Assembly (NCBI GenBank): GCA_963715195.1
Contig: CAVQRT010000002.1
Coordinates: forward strand, 224,001 to 288,000
Source: Thermodesulfovibrionales bacterium
GTDB taxonomy: Bacteria > Nitrospirota > Thermodesulfovibrionia > Thermodesulfovibrionales > SM23-35
Direction of reading: 5' to 3'
Length of the DNA stretch: 64,000 nt
This document shows positions 1 to 9,935 of the stretch, one piece after another (the stretch's first letter is position 1; each line of letters opens with the position of its first letter). The translations under genes and the position numbers were made by a program. Below the pieces are notes generated by a model. It did no database searches. It had not been told where the DNA came from and worked only from the letters and a program-made list of their open reading frames with translations.

Positions 1-765
1 ATCAAGGTAGGAATTGTCGACGTATATCTCGGTGAATTCCAGATGGAAAGAGGGCAGGATACAGGAAACAGCCTGTCGAAATTTACCGCTGAGCAGATTG
101 AGCAAGCCAGGATGGAATATGACAGATTATCACCTTTCAAAAAGCTCCGCCTCGCAGGATTTGAAGAAATCGTGATGCACTTTGTGCTGTCATTAAAAAA
201 GGAATTCGATATCCTCAAGATATTAGAACCAAGCAAATCATATGTTGGATATGATTATACACACGCCAGCAATGTTTCAGTGCTTACAATATTACAAGCG
301 CAGGCCCTCGGTATTCCAGAGGATTTACAGCGTGATATAGGTCTAGCAGCGCTTTTCCATGATGTCGGGAAATTATTGCTCCCCCGCGACTTGCTTCAGA
401 AGCAAAATACCCATGAGGCAAAAGAGCGGGAAATTATGGAACTTCATCCCTTATATGGGGCACAATATCTTGCAAAGATAGACGGCCTGACTCATCTTGC
501 GCCTATCGTAGCATTTGAGCATCATCTCAGATATGACGGCCGAGGACATCCAAAAATGAGAGTGAATAATATTAAACAGCATCTTTGCAGTCAGATGATA
601 GCAATTGCCGACTCCTTTGATAATCTGAGGAAAACAGCACCTTCAAAGAAATCCTTAAACGTAAAAGAGATACTCGTTACAATGAAAACAAGCGACCCTG
701 GATCCTTAAATCCCTTTTTATTAGACAATTTCATACGGTCCATCCATTTGTCTCTATCCCGATGA
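1..765 (+). CDS. HD-GYP domain phosphohydrolase (likely 5'-truncated by window edge)
   Basis: HDVGK, HPLYGA, EHH-x-RYDGRGHP and IADSFD motifs; frame is open from position 1. Confidence 0.8.
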   Translation: MKVGIVDVYLGEFQMERGQDTGNSLSKFTAEQIEQARMEYDRLSPFKKLRLAGFEEIVMHFVLSLKKEFDILKILEPSKSYVGYDYTHASNVSVLTILQAQALGIPEDLQRDIGLAALFHDVGKLLLPRDLLQKQNTHEAKEREIMELHPLYGAQYLAKIDGLTHLAPIVAFEHHLRYDGRGHPKMRVNNIKQHLCSQMIAIADSFDNLRKTAPSKKSLNVKEILVTMKTSDPGSLNPFLLDNFIRSIHLSLSR

Positions 766-769
766 ACAT

Positions 770-1198
770 TCATTGAAGAAATTCCACTTTACTTACTGAT
801 GACATAACCGCATATACTTTCAGATTGTTGGATTCGGGATCCGTTGGAAATAAGAAAAAGCCTTGACGTTTTGGATCGCAACCTACAGTGGATCCAACTA
901 ATACCTCACCATCCTTAAATATCACTCTCACCTTTCGTCCGGTGACTTGTTGACCTTCCTGGAAGTGTTTGCGTTCGTCATATGAAGGATTCCCTACGAA
1001 GTCTTTCACGAAGAATACAGCTTTAAGATCTTTCAAATGTACCTCAATTACCTTGCCCTCTTTATCGCCAAAAATTACTTCGGCATGAAATGATGATTTG
1101 TTGGGGAAAAAATCACGCGTATACCCCTTTATGAGTACACCATCAGCATATCTCAAGACAACTTTGATAAGTTCCGTCAGGGTATAACCTCTCCCCAA
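770..1198 (-). CDS. Conserved hypothetical protein (DUF6982-like); start uncertain, GGGAGAGG lies just before a CTG at ~1180
   Basis: KVVLRYADG..KGYT.DFFP, LKAVFFVKDF.G and KVRV.FKDGEVLVG pattern. Confidence 0.6.
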   Translation of the reverse strand: MGRGYTLTELIKVVLRYADGVLIKGYTRDFFPNKSSFHAEVIFGDKEGKVIEVHLKDLKAVFFVKDFVGNPSYDERKHFQEGQQVTGRKVRVIFKDGEVLVGSTVGCDPKRQGFFLFPTDPESNNLKVYAVMSSVSKVEFLQ

Positions 1199-1306
1199 TA
1201 ATAAAACAACTTAGAACTACTGATCATAATACAAACAATCAAAGCGTATACCCATGAGCAAGGCATTGTCCGTGAAAATCAGCACATAATTCCGAAAAAA
1301 CCACAT

Positions 1307-1579
1307 TTATTTCACCGCGTCTTTGAGGGATTTTCCAGCTGAAAACTTAGGAACCTTCGCTGCTTTGATAGATATTATTTCGCCTGTTCTCGGATTGCGT
1401 CCTTTTCTTGCTTTTCTCTTTGATACCTTGAATGTGCCAAAACCAACGAGTGTAACACTCTGCCCTTTCTTCAAGGCAGACGTTATCGAACCGATAAGAG
1501 CATTGACAGCCCTTGCGGCATCAGCCTTTGACAGCCTCGCATTTGAAACAACTTTTTCAATCAATTCTTCCTTTGTCAT
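1307..1579 (-). CDS. hup: DNA-binding protein HU
   Basis: 90 aa, GFGTF..RKARKGRNPRTG signature, AGGAGG RBS. Confidence 0.95.
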   Translation of the reverse strand: MTKEELIEKVVSNARLSKADAARAVNALIGSITSALKKGQSVTLVGFGTFKVSKRKARKGRNPRTGEIISIKAAKVPKFSAGKSLKDAVK

Positions 1580-1595
1580 TTTTACAGTTCCTCCT

Positions 1596-1853
1596 TTATT
1601 GGTTAATCAATTCTGTCGTATCCGTCACAGGAAATAGCTCCAGAGTACCAAGATCAGACCACATACGGTAAGCAGCTAACATTTCCTCACGATCTCCTTC
1701 CCCAATAAGACGAATTATTCGGCCTCTCTTCGTATCGCACCATTCGCCAAGTATTTTTGTTTTTCCGCATGCAGTCCCTTGCTCTTGCTTTCGCCTTTCA
1801 ATAACTTCATCGAACTTTTGAGGATCGAAGGTGAATATGGCTATAGATGGCAT
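1596..1853 (-). CDS. Small hypothetical protein (DUF3303-like)
   Basis: 85 aa ORF with ILGEW...W.DLG..E.FPV pattern, directly upstream of hup. Confidence 0.55.
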   Translation of the reverse strand: MPSIAIFTFDPQKFDEVIERRKQEQGTACGKTKILGEWCDTKRGRIIRLIGEGDREEMLAAYRMWSDLGTLELFPVTDTTELINQ

Positions 1854-1985
1854 GTATCAAATCTTCTTATTTGAGGTTTTCACCATAGGTGAGAAAGAAT
1901 CTATATGAACGAGACAACTTCTTCCCTTCGCAAGATATGCAAAAACAGGTGAGGTAGAAAAATTATAACTGATAAGGAGATACGA

Positions 1986-2160
1986 TATTTGTTGCACTCT
2001 TTTTCCCCCGGAGTGCCTGATTTTACTTCTTCCCCCAAATATTTACAAATTAAATATAACCATGATTATAAAGAAAATCAAGAGGAATTATAGAATTATA
2101 AAATGAACTCCGAAATAGTTTTGATTTTCGGTGCTTACAGGATTAAAAGTGCAACAAATA
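1986..2160. repeat. 13-bp perfect inverted repeat flanking an AT-rich 149-bp core
   Basis: TATTTGTTGCACT at 1986-1998 and AGTGCAACAAATA at 2148-2160. Confidence 0.6.
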
Positions 2161-2240
2161 ATCTAGGTGCGAGTCCTTATGTATGCCATAGTCACCGTCC
2201 ATATTCATCCAGACAAAAAACATCCGGCATGAGTAGTTGA

Positions 2241-2510
2241 CTACGGGAAGTTGTAATGCTTCCTCACCGGTTTCTTGATATCCCACACACAGGAAAGCCC
2301 CTGGGGAAATGTGACGAAATCCCCTTTGCCGAATTGCACCTTTCTGCCGTCCTTTGTTTCAACAACTACCTCTCCCTCCAGAATATAGCATTCCTCAGTA
2401 GTGTCATAATACCAGTCAAATCGTGATACTTCCTTTTCCCAGATTCCCCAAGAGTCGACTTTGCGGTCTTCAAGAAATTGCCGGGTGGGTTTCTCCACTC
2501 TGATTTCCAT
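2241..2510 (-). CDS. Cupin domain protein (DUF861/EutQ-like)
   Basis: WGIWEKEVSRFDWYY..EECYILEG, GDFVTFPQG..C.W; AGGAGG RBS before ATG 2510. Confidence 0.85.
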   Translation of the reverse strand: MEIRVEKPTRQFLEDRKVDSWGIWEKEVSRFDWYYDTTEECYILEGEVVVETKDGRKVQFGKGDFVTFPQGLSCVWDIKKPVRKHYNFP

Positions 2511-2570
2511 ATCTTTCCTCCTGTCTTTTGCCAAAAGATTCCTCTCTGCCACCTTCTGAAGCTGCTTTGT

Positions 2571-4772
2571 TCAAACAGCGCTTGCTGAACGCAACCTGTC
2601 TTTCAACAACGTATACCTTTGCTGCGGTTTGTTGTTCTTTATTGCGATTGCGATCGCCTTCTTCGTCCCGACGAGTATTACCAATTTCCTGCCCCTTGTA
2701 ATGCCGGTATACAGAAGATTCCGTTGCAAAAGCATATAATGCTGGGTATGAACAGGCATTATGATCACGGGGTACTCACTCCCCTGAGATTTGTGAACAG
2801 ATACAGCATATGCCAGAACTAATTCATCAAGTTCTGAATACTCATACGGAACAGGTCTGCCGTCGTAATTCACGATCACTTCCTGGGTTTCCCTGTCAAT
2901 TTTTATTATTCGCCCAATGTCTCCGTTAAATACCTCTTTATCGTAATTGTTCCTGATCTGCATGACCTTATCACCGGCCTTCAAGACTTTCCCGCCTCTC
3001 ACCAGTTCATCAGATGAGGGATTCAAATGCTTCTGAAGCTCTGCATTCAGGTTTGCAGCTCCGATAAGACCCCTGTGCATCGGAGTCAAGACCTGCAAAT
3101 CCTCAACAGGATTATACCCGAATTTCGCGGGTATCTTCTCCTTGCAGAGTTCAAGGATCTTCTCCAGTGCCTTTTCCGGTTCTTCTGCCGGGAAGAAATA
3201 GAAATCGTGCAGACGACCGCCATCACTGCTGATTACCGGCATTTCACCGTTATTGATTCTGTGGGCATTGACAGTAATCAGGCTCTCTTTGGCCTGTCTG
3301 AAAATCTCCGTCAACCGCACCGTCGGTATGATCCCGGAATCGATAATATCTTTTAAGACATTCCCCGCACCTACAGAAGGCAGTTGGTCAACATCCCCGA
3401 CAAATACGACAACAGCATCTCCCGGAACGGCCTTCAGAAAATGATACATCAGGATGGTATCAACCATGGATGATTCATCAATGACGATTAACCCTGCTTG
3501 CAAAGGGCTGCTCTCATCCCGTTTGAATCTTCCCTCCCTGGGGCTGAACTCAAGCAGCCTATGAATAGTTTTTGCCTCATGACCTGTGGCTTCTGACATC
3601 CTCTTCGCAGCCCTCCCGGTAGGTGCGGCAAGGAGAACCTTCTGCCCCAATCTTGTGTATATCCTGATGATTGCATTAATAAGGGTGGTCTTGCCGGTAC
3701 CCGGTCCACCCGTAACAACCAGAACTTTTTTATCGAGGGCTTCCCCGACTGCCTTTTTCTGGAGTTCTGCAAGCCGTATCTGTAACTCTCCCTGCACCCA
3801 TTCAAGAGCGTTATCCCCGCCAAAAGACCTTACCCTCTGAACCGGAATCATCAGGTTCTTCAGCATCTGAGCCGCGCCGGTTTCAGCGGCATGAAACTTC
3901 ACTAGGTAGACAGCCCTGTTTTTGATTTCCATCTCCCCTGCCGTGCTGCAATCCTCTATGATTATCCTTTTATCTGAAACAATCTTTTCAAATGCGCTGA
4001 CAACGGTATCCTTACCGACACCGAGAACTTTCCCGCATTCCTCTAACAGAGGCTCATAAGGGTAACAGACGTGGCCTTCTTCAGATAATTGGTGAAGCAC
4101 GTAGAGAATTCCGGCCTCAACCCTCATCAATGATTCTTTGGGAATATCGAGTTTTTCGGCTATTTTGTCGGCTGTAATAAACCCTATGCCGAATATATCC
4201 GTTGCAAGCCTGTAGGGATTATCCCGGACTACCTTAATGGATTCCTTTCCGTATTGTTTGAATATCTTTGCTCCATAAGCCGGGGTAACACCATGCCCCT
4301 GAAGAAAGAGCATCACCTCCCGTATCTCCTTTTGAGCATCCCATGCTGTCCGAATCATCTCGATTCTCTTGCTCCCGATCCCTTCAACCTCATGAAGTTT
4401 TTGAATGTTGGTTTCTATGATTTGAAGTATTTCCGAGCCGAACTTGGAGACAAGCCTTTTCGCCATGATAGGGCCTATGCCCTTTACAAGTCCTGAGCCA
4501 AGATACTTCTCGATGCCTTTTGCGGTGGCAGGAACTACAGACTGGTAGGATACAACCCGAAACTGCTCTCCGAACTTGGGGTGGTTGTCCCACTGACCTT
4601 CCAGTTTCAGGACTTCCCCTGCACTCACCGAAAACAGCGTGCCTACAATAGTAACGAGGTCATGTCTCCCTTTAACTCTTGCCCGTGCGATTGTATAGCC
4701 GTTTTCTTCGTTGCAGTAGGTAATCCTCTCTATTTGTGCCCCGATTTCAGTCAGCATGGTAATTTTGTCCAC
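2571..4772 (-). CDS. recD2: ATP-dependent RecD2-like DNA helicase
   Basis: N-terminal HhH region, GGPGTGKT, DESSM, GDVDQL, HKSQGSE motifs, 733 aa. Confidence 0.93.
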   Translation of the reverse strand: MDKITMLTEIGAQIERITYCNEENGYTIARARVKGRHDLVTIVGTLFSVSAGEVLKLEGQWDNHPKFGEQFRVVSYQSVVPATAKGIEKYLGSGLVKGIGPIMAKRLVSKFGSEILQIIETNIQKLHEVEGIGSKRIEMIRTAWDAQKEIREVMLFLQGHGVTPAYGAKIFKQYGKESIKVVRDNPYRLATDIFGIGFITADKIAEKLDIPKESLMRVEAGILYVLHQLSEEGHVCYPYEPLLEECGKVLGVGKDTVVSAFEKIVSDKRIIIEDCSTAGEMEIKNRAVYLVKFHAAETGAAQMLKNLMIPVQRVRSFGGDNALEWVQGELQIRLAELQKKAVGEALDKKVLVVTGGPGTGKTTLINAIIRIYTRLGQKVLLAAPTGRAAKRMSEATGHEAKTIHRLLEFSPREGRFKRDESSPLQAGLIVIDESSMVDTILMYHFLKAVPGDAVVVFVGDVDQLPSVGAGNVLKDIIDSGIIPTVRLTEIFRQAKESLITVNAHRINNGEMPVISSDGGRLHDFYFFPAEEPEKALEKILELCKEKIPAKFGYNPVEDLQVLTPMHRGLIGAANLNAELQKHLNPSSDELVRGGKVLKAGDKVMQIRNNYDKEVFNGDIGRIIKIDRETQEVIVNYDGRPVPYEYSELDELVLAYAVSVHKSQGSEYPVIIMPVHTQHYMLLQRNLLYTGITRGRKLVILVGTKKAIAIAIKNNKPQQRYTLLKDRLRSASAV

Positions 4773-4844
4773 ATTGAGGGATTAATAACATAAACCTGCT
4801 GGCAGATATTGTATGAGAGCGGATTCTTCTGCCGTTAAAGGAGG

Positions 4845-5858
4845 TTAACTGCTGATTTCTCCGTTCACAGACGGCAGGCTCTTCTTATATACTTCATCCA
4901 GTATTTCCTTTGCCCCTTTCGAGAGAACCTCTTCAGCTAACGAAATACCAAGGGTCTCTGCATGACCGGGATCACCCTCAATACTACCCTTTATGATCCT
5001 GTCACCGGAGATGCTCCCGACAAGGCCATGCATCACGATTTTCCCATCGGCAAGCCTTGCGTGCGCAGCGATAGGCACCTGGCAACCCCCTTCCAACTTC
5101 CTCAGGAATGCCCTTTCAGCTTTCACGCAGGTGAACGTTTCCGGATGATTTAATGCTGTAATGAGGTTATTTACCCACTCATCGTTTATCCTGCATTCAA
5201 TACCGATGGCACCCTGTCCTATTGCCGGAAGGCTGATATCAGGCGGGATGAATTCAGTTACCCTTTGCTGCCATCCGAGCCTCTTCACCCCGGCGGCTGC
5301 CAGAATGATGGCATCGAACTGACCTTCATCCAGTTTCCTCAGCCTTGTATCAAGATTCCCCCGCAACTGCTCTACTTTCAGATCAGGCCTGAGGCTGAGC
5401 AGTTGGCATGACCTCCGGAGGCTGCTCGTCCCGACTTTTGCATGTTCAGGAAGTGAGAATATGAATGAGGGTTTTGACGTTTGACGTTTGACATTTGACT
5501 TTTCACGTTTTGCCTTTAACGTTTTGCTTACGATCAATGCATCCCTCGGGTCCTCCCGTTCACAGACGACCGCGAGGTGCAGGCCATCCGGAAAGTCTGT
5601 AGGGACGTCCTTCATGCTGTGGACGGCGATATCAGCCTCGCGCCTCAGGAGCGCCTCCTCTATCTCTTTGACAAACAACCCCTTTCCCCCAACCTGAGCT
5701 AATGGAACATCTAAAATCTTGTCACCGGTTGTTTTGATCTTCTGGATCCCGATCGAAAGATCGGGGAAACGTTTTTGCAACTGCGTTTTCACAAATTCAG
5801 CCTGCCAGAGAGCAAGTTTGCTGCCCCGCGTACCGATCGTTAGCCGCTCAGTCTTCAT
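4845..5858 (-). CDS. hemC: Hydroxymethylbilane synthase (porphobilinogen deaminase), with a repeat-encoded loop insertion
   Basis: IGTRGSKLALWQA, GGKGLFVKE, VHSMKD, GTSSLRR, LEGGCQVP. Confidence 0.96.
   Translation of the reverse strand: MKTERLTIGTRGSKLALWQAEFVKTQLQKRFPDLSIGIQKIKTTGDKILDVPLAQVGGKGLFVKEIEEALLRREADIAVHSMKDVPTDFPDGLHLAVVCEREDPRDALIVSKTLKAKREKSNVKRQTSKPSFIFSLPEHAKVGTSSLRRSCQLLSLRPDLKVEQLRGNLDTRLRKLDEGQFDAIILAAAGVKRLGWQQRVTEFIPPDISLPAIGQGAIGIECRINDEWVNNLITALNHPETFTCVKAERAFLRKLEGGCQVPIAAHARLADGKIVMHGLVGSISGDRIIKGSIEGDPGHAETLGISLAEEVLSKGAKEILDEVYKKSLPSVNGEISS
5473..5521. repeat. Degenerate heptamer tandem repeat inside hemC
   Basis: TTTGACG TTTGACG TTTGACA TTTGACT TTTCACG TTTTGCC TTTAACG. 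Confidence 0.8.
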
Positions 5859-7122
5859 GCTTTTCTCCGTTGATACCGTACAGCCGCCTGATAGCGGCAA
5901 CAAGCATTTCCTTATTCTCGGTGTCTCCCTTCAATGCGGCAGTGGGAGGATGGATGAGTTTATTCATGATGGCGGTTGCCATGTATTCAATGGCTTCACG
6001 CTCTTTCTCTCCAAGATTGCTGAACTTGCCGAAAAGTTTATCAAGTTCTTCTTTCCTTATCTCCTCGGCCTTTTCCCGCAAGGCGATTATTGTCGGTACA
6101 GAATCAAGAGATGCCTGCCATTTGACAAATGTCTCCAGTTCTTCAGCGATAATCTTTTCTGCCTTCTCAGCCTCCTTCTGACGTTCAAACATATTCGAAT
6201 CAACAACACCCTGGAGGTCGTCGACGTTATAGAGATAGACATTCTCCAGATCATTGATTGCGGGATCGATATTTCTCGGGACAGAAATGTCGATGATAAA
6301 GACCTGGCGCTGTTTTCTCTCTTTCATCACCTTTTGCATCTGGCCTTTTGTGAGGATATAGTGCGGTGCCCCGGTTGAGCAGATCATAATATCCGTTCCC
6401 GCCATCTCATGAATGAACTCCTCGAATTTCACCGGCCTTCCGTTGAACTCCTCGGCAAGATCACACGCGCGGTCATACGTCCTGTTGGAAACCAGAACCT
6501 CTTTCACGCCATTCCCGATCAGATGCCTTGCAGCGAGCTCAGCCATCTCACCTGCACCTAAGAGCATGAATACCCTCGTGGAGAGATCGGTAAATATCTT
6601 TTTCCCCAGTTCAACTGCCGCGAAACTAATAGAAACCGCATTCTCAGCTATTTTCGTCTCTGTTCTTACCCTTTTTGCCACAGAGATCGCCTTTTTCATC
6701 AGTTTATTCAGAAGAATACCGGTAGTTTTTTTCGAAAGCGCCAGTTCAAAGGCATCCTTCAGCTGGCCAAGGATCTGCGGTTCCCCGAGCACCATTGAAT
6801 CGAGACTTGCAGCCACTCTGAAGGCATGCCTTACAGCCTGCATATCATCATAGATATACAATGAATTGTCGAGGGAGCCTCTGTTGATATTATGGAATGC
6901 TGAGAGAAATGACTTAATGGATTCCGTTGCCTGGGGGGTATCCTGAATATTTGCATACAGTTCTACCCTGTTGCAGGTAGAGATAATCATTGCCTCCTCT
7001 ATCCCCGGCAGTTCTCTGAACCGTATCAGGCCTTCTTCGAGTTTATCTCCCTGGAACGCGAGCTTTTCCCTCACCTCAACATCGGCAATCTTGTGATTCA
7101 GGCCTACGACGAAAACTTTCAT
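5848..7122 (-). CDS. hemA: Glutamyl-tRNA reductase
   Basis: VGLNHK.A.VEVRE, STCNRVE, SLDSMVLGEPQILGQ, GAGEM, DISVPRN; ATGA overlap with ccsB. Confidence 0.96.
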   Translation of the reverse strand: MKVFVVGLNHKIADVEVREKLAFQGDKLEEGLIRFRELPGIEEAMIISTCNRVELYANIQDTPQATESIKSFLSAFHNINRGSLDNSLYIYDDMQAVRHAFRVAASLDSMVLGEPQILGQLKDAFELALSKKTTGILLNKLMKKAISVAKRVRTETKIAENAVSISFAAVELGKKIFTDLSTRVFMLLGAGEMAELAARHLIGNGVKEVLVSNRTYDRACDLAEEFNGRPVKFEEFIHEMAGTDIMICSTGAPHYILTKGQMQKVMKERKQRQVFIIDISVPRNIDPAINDLENVYLYNVDDLQGVVDSNMFERQKEAEKAEKIIAEELETFVKWQASLDSVPTIIALREKAEEIRKEELDKLFGKFSNLGEKEREAIEYMATAIMNKLIHPPTAALKGDTENKEMLVAAIRRLYGINGEKHED

Positions 7123-7934
7123 AGAAAAACGTGAAGCCCTTTCCTGAGTAATTTCACCCCGAAGAAAGCAATGATAATCGTGAGGAAGCCGATTATGGAC
7201 AACACCGCCGCCCTTCTCCCCCGCCACCCTGCTACCAGCCGCGCATGCAGGATGATGGCATAAATGAACCATGTGATCAGCGACCAGGTTTCCCGGGGGT
7301 CCCAGTTCCAGTAGCTTCCCCATGCGGACTCCGCCCAGAGCGCACCGGTAATAATCGCCAGGGTGAGCAGCGGAAAGCCGAAGGTGATCAGTCTGTAGTT
7401 GATTTCATCGAGAGTCTGCAGGCTCGGCAATCTCCCGAAGAGACTGCCCAGGTGCTTGGTTTTTACATAACGTTCCTGGACAAGATACATGAAACCGATC
7501 CCGAAGGCAAGGGCAAAAGCAGCATTGCCGAGAAAGGCAAACACCGTGTGAATGCCAAGCCAGTAACTCTGTAGCGTCGGGCTCAAAGGTTTTATTTCCC
7601 GCGGGAGCATGGATGATGAGAGCATGAGTATAAAAACAAGCGGCATGATAAAAGAGGAGAGAAGGCTGATTTTATAGCGATACTGAAGGACAAAAAATAT
7701 GAGTACAATGCACCAGGCAAAAAAAGACGTTGCTTCATGCGGATTCGTTATAGGGATGTGTCCTGCGGTAATGTACCGGTAGATAATGCTTATGGTGTGC
7801 AGGGAGAAGCCGGCGATTGCAGATAACAGGGCAATTTTTGCCGTTGTTTTTGACTCCTTAAACAGTTCGGTAATACCGATGAGCGCAGCAGCAAAATAGC
7901 AGGTGAGGGCGAGTTCAAATAGGAGTACCCCCAT
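7119..7934 (-). CDS. ccsB: Cytochrome c biogenesis protein CcsB/CcsA (ResC family)
   Basis: WWD-domain motif GALWAESAWGSYWNWDPRETW, conserved His residues, many TM segments. Confidence 0.9.
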   Translation of the reverse strand: MGVLLFELALTCYFAAALIGITELFKESKTTAKIALLSAIAGFSLHTISIIYRYITAGHIPITNPHEATSFFAWCIVLIFFVLQYRYKISLLSSFIMPLVFILMLSSSMLPREIKPLSPTLQSYWLGIHTVFAFLGNAAFALAFGIGFMYLVQERYVKTKHLGSLFGRLPSLQTLDEINYRLITFGFPLLTLAIITGALWAESAWGSYWNWDPRETWSLITWFIYAIILHARLVAGWRGRRAAVLSIIGFLTIIIAFFGVKLLRKGLHVFL

Positions 7935-8104
7935 TAGAAACAGCCAAGCTCGCAGGCGGTAATTTTTACCCGAAGCTCATCGGCAGCTATGCCGACTTCC
8001 TTGTATGGGACAGAGAGGTCCAGTGCAATTTTTCTTGCGACAGCACAGGGCAGCCTGTTGTTTATAGCCTTTTTCTGTATTTCTTCCTTTATCTTATCTT
8101 CCAT
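7934..8104 (-). CDS. 56-aa small Cys-containing protein (missed by the ORF track)
   Basis: Manual translation MEDKIKEEIQKKAINNRLPCAVARKIALDLSVPYKEVGIAADELRVKITACELGCF*; TAATG overlap with ccsB start. Confidence 0.8.
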   Translation of the reverse strand: MEDKIKEEIQKKAINNRLPCAVARKIALDLSVPYKEVGIAADELRVKITACELGCF

Positions 8105-8114
8105 CGCAAGAAAC

Positions 8115-8203
8115 GGGGTCCACAGGTCCGAGGATTTCGGGGATCAAAAAGATTTTTTTGATTTCTGAGCACGTAAGTCCTTGAATCCTTTGGCCCGAAC
8201 CCT
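8115..8203. repeat. Degenerate octamer-type repeat element with two inverted arms
   Basis: GGGGTCCACAGGTCCGAGGATTTCGGGGATC ... GTCCTTGAATCCTTTGGCCCGAACCC; same motif family as 17782-17866 and 23171-23205. Confidence 0.55.
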
Positions 8204-8369
8204 CTTTTTATTAAAAATATTACATCATGCTTCTTTAAAAACTCAATGAAGCTGATTTTGAGGTCCTGATGCATGTATGCTTGATCCGTAACAATAAATT
8301 CAGTTATATAATAACACTATTAATGCTATTATATAACCGCGTTATAATGAAGTCTTTCCCCTTGTTATC

Positions 8370-9161
8370 ATGATGAAATTTCTCGATAATTTAGGCAGTC
8401 TTGGTCTGTACTACATTAATCAGATCGGGAGGATGGGGATATTTCTGGTTCTGGTCTGTATCAATATCGTCAAACCTCCGTACTATAAGATTTCGTACAT
8501 CACCAAACAGATTTACCACATTGGATCTCTGTCAATATTCGTTATCGTTTTCACCGGTGTCTTCGCCGGTATGGTACTCGGACTCCAGGGATATAATACC
8601 CTCCGCAAATTCGGCTCCGAAGGTTTTCTGGGATCGGCCGTTGCCCTGAGCCTCATCAGGGAACTGGGTCCCGTTCTGACCGCCCTGATGGTGACAGGCA
8701 GGGCAGGGTCCGCCATCTGTGCCGAGATTGGAATCATGCGCAATTCAGAACAGATCGATGCACTCGAATGCATGGCAATCGATCCTCACAATTACATCAT
8801 GGCACCAAAATTCATTGCTGCCGTTATTTCAATGCCCCTGCTTACCGCCATATTTGATGTAGTTGGCATCTTCGGCGGTTATTTGATAGGGGTAGTCCTC
8901 CTTGGAGCCAATGAAGGCGCTTATTTTCACAGCATGTACAAGAATGTGGAATATAATGACATTTCCATGGGCTTTATGAAATCCCTCTGTTTCGGCCTGC
9001 TTGTCGTCTGGATCTGCTCTGCGAAAGGGTATTTTGTCCATCTCGAAAGAAAGGGTGGGTTCGGTGCAGAAGGTGTCAGCAGGGCAACGACCAACGCTGT
9101 CGTTATGTCGTCAGTTGCAGTGCTTGTATTCGATTATTTCATAACGTCGGTTCTCATCTGA
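8370..9161 (+). CDS. mlaE: Mla phospholipid ABC transporter permease
   Basis: RELGPVLTALMVTGRAGSAICAEIG.M...EQIDAL, GVSRATT.AVV. Confidence 0.93.
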   Translation: MMKFLDNLGSLGLYYINQIGRMGIFLVLVCINIVKPPYYKISYITKQIYHIGSLSIFVIVFTGVFAGMVLGLQGYNTLRKFGSEGFLGSAVALSLIRELGPVLTALMVTGRAGSAICAEIGIMRNSEQIDALECMAIDPHNYIMAPKFIAAVISMPLLTAIFDVVGIFGGYLIGVVLLGANEGAYFHSMYKNVEYNDISMGFMKSLCFGLLVVWICSAKGYFVHLERKGGFGAEGVSRATTNAVVMSSVAVLVFDYFITSVLI

Positions 9162-9163
9162 AC

Positions 9164-9932
9164 ATGGAACCTATCATAGAGTTAATAAATGTGCGGAAAC
9201 AAGTTTGGCAGACAGGAAGTCCTGAAAGGGGTTAATCTCTCGATCTACGAGGGCAAAACAACCGTCATCGTTGGTGAGAGCGGGAAAGGGAAAAGCCTCG
9301 TTCTGAAACACATCCTCGGACTCATTAAACCCGATAGCGGCAAGGTTCTCGTATTCGGAAAGGACATGAACAAGATAGGGAGTAAAGAATTGAAGGATAT
9401 CCGGTCTCATTTCGGGGTACTTTTTCAAAATGCCGCTCTTTTTGACTCCATGACTGTATTCGACAATGTCGCATTGCCTTTGCGGGAGCGAACAAAGTTT
9501 TCGGAGGGGGAGATACAAAAAATTGTTGATGAAAAACTGCATTTGATGGATATCGAGGGAAGCAACGAGAAATACCCTGCCCAACTCAGCGGAGGTATGA
9601 GAAAGCGTGTTGGTCTTGCACGGGCCCTCGTTTTGAATCCCAAAATTGTTTTTTTCGACGAACCGACGACCGGACTCGATGTGGCAAAAAGCAATGAAAT
9701 ATACCGCGTTTTCCATCGGACACAGACTAAATTGGCATATACTGCCGTTATCGTCAGTCATGATGTTCCGAAAATTTTCAAACTTGCCGATTATGTAGCA
9801 TTGATCCATGAAGGCATTATTCAGGACTGTCTGACACCGGAAGATTTCCAGACTTCAGAAAATCCTGTAATCAGGGATTTCGTTACAGAGACTATGGGAC
9901 TCATCTATGAAAGTGAACAGGTGGAGGGTTGA
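9164..9932 (+). CDS. mlaF: Mla ABC transporter ATPase (apparent +1 frameshift near 9195-9200)
   Basis: MEPIIELINVRK from ATG 9164 joins KFGRQEVLKG one frame over; GESGKGKS, LSGGM, FFDEP. Confidence 0.88.
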
Positions 9933-9935
9933 ACA

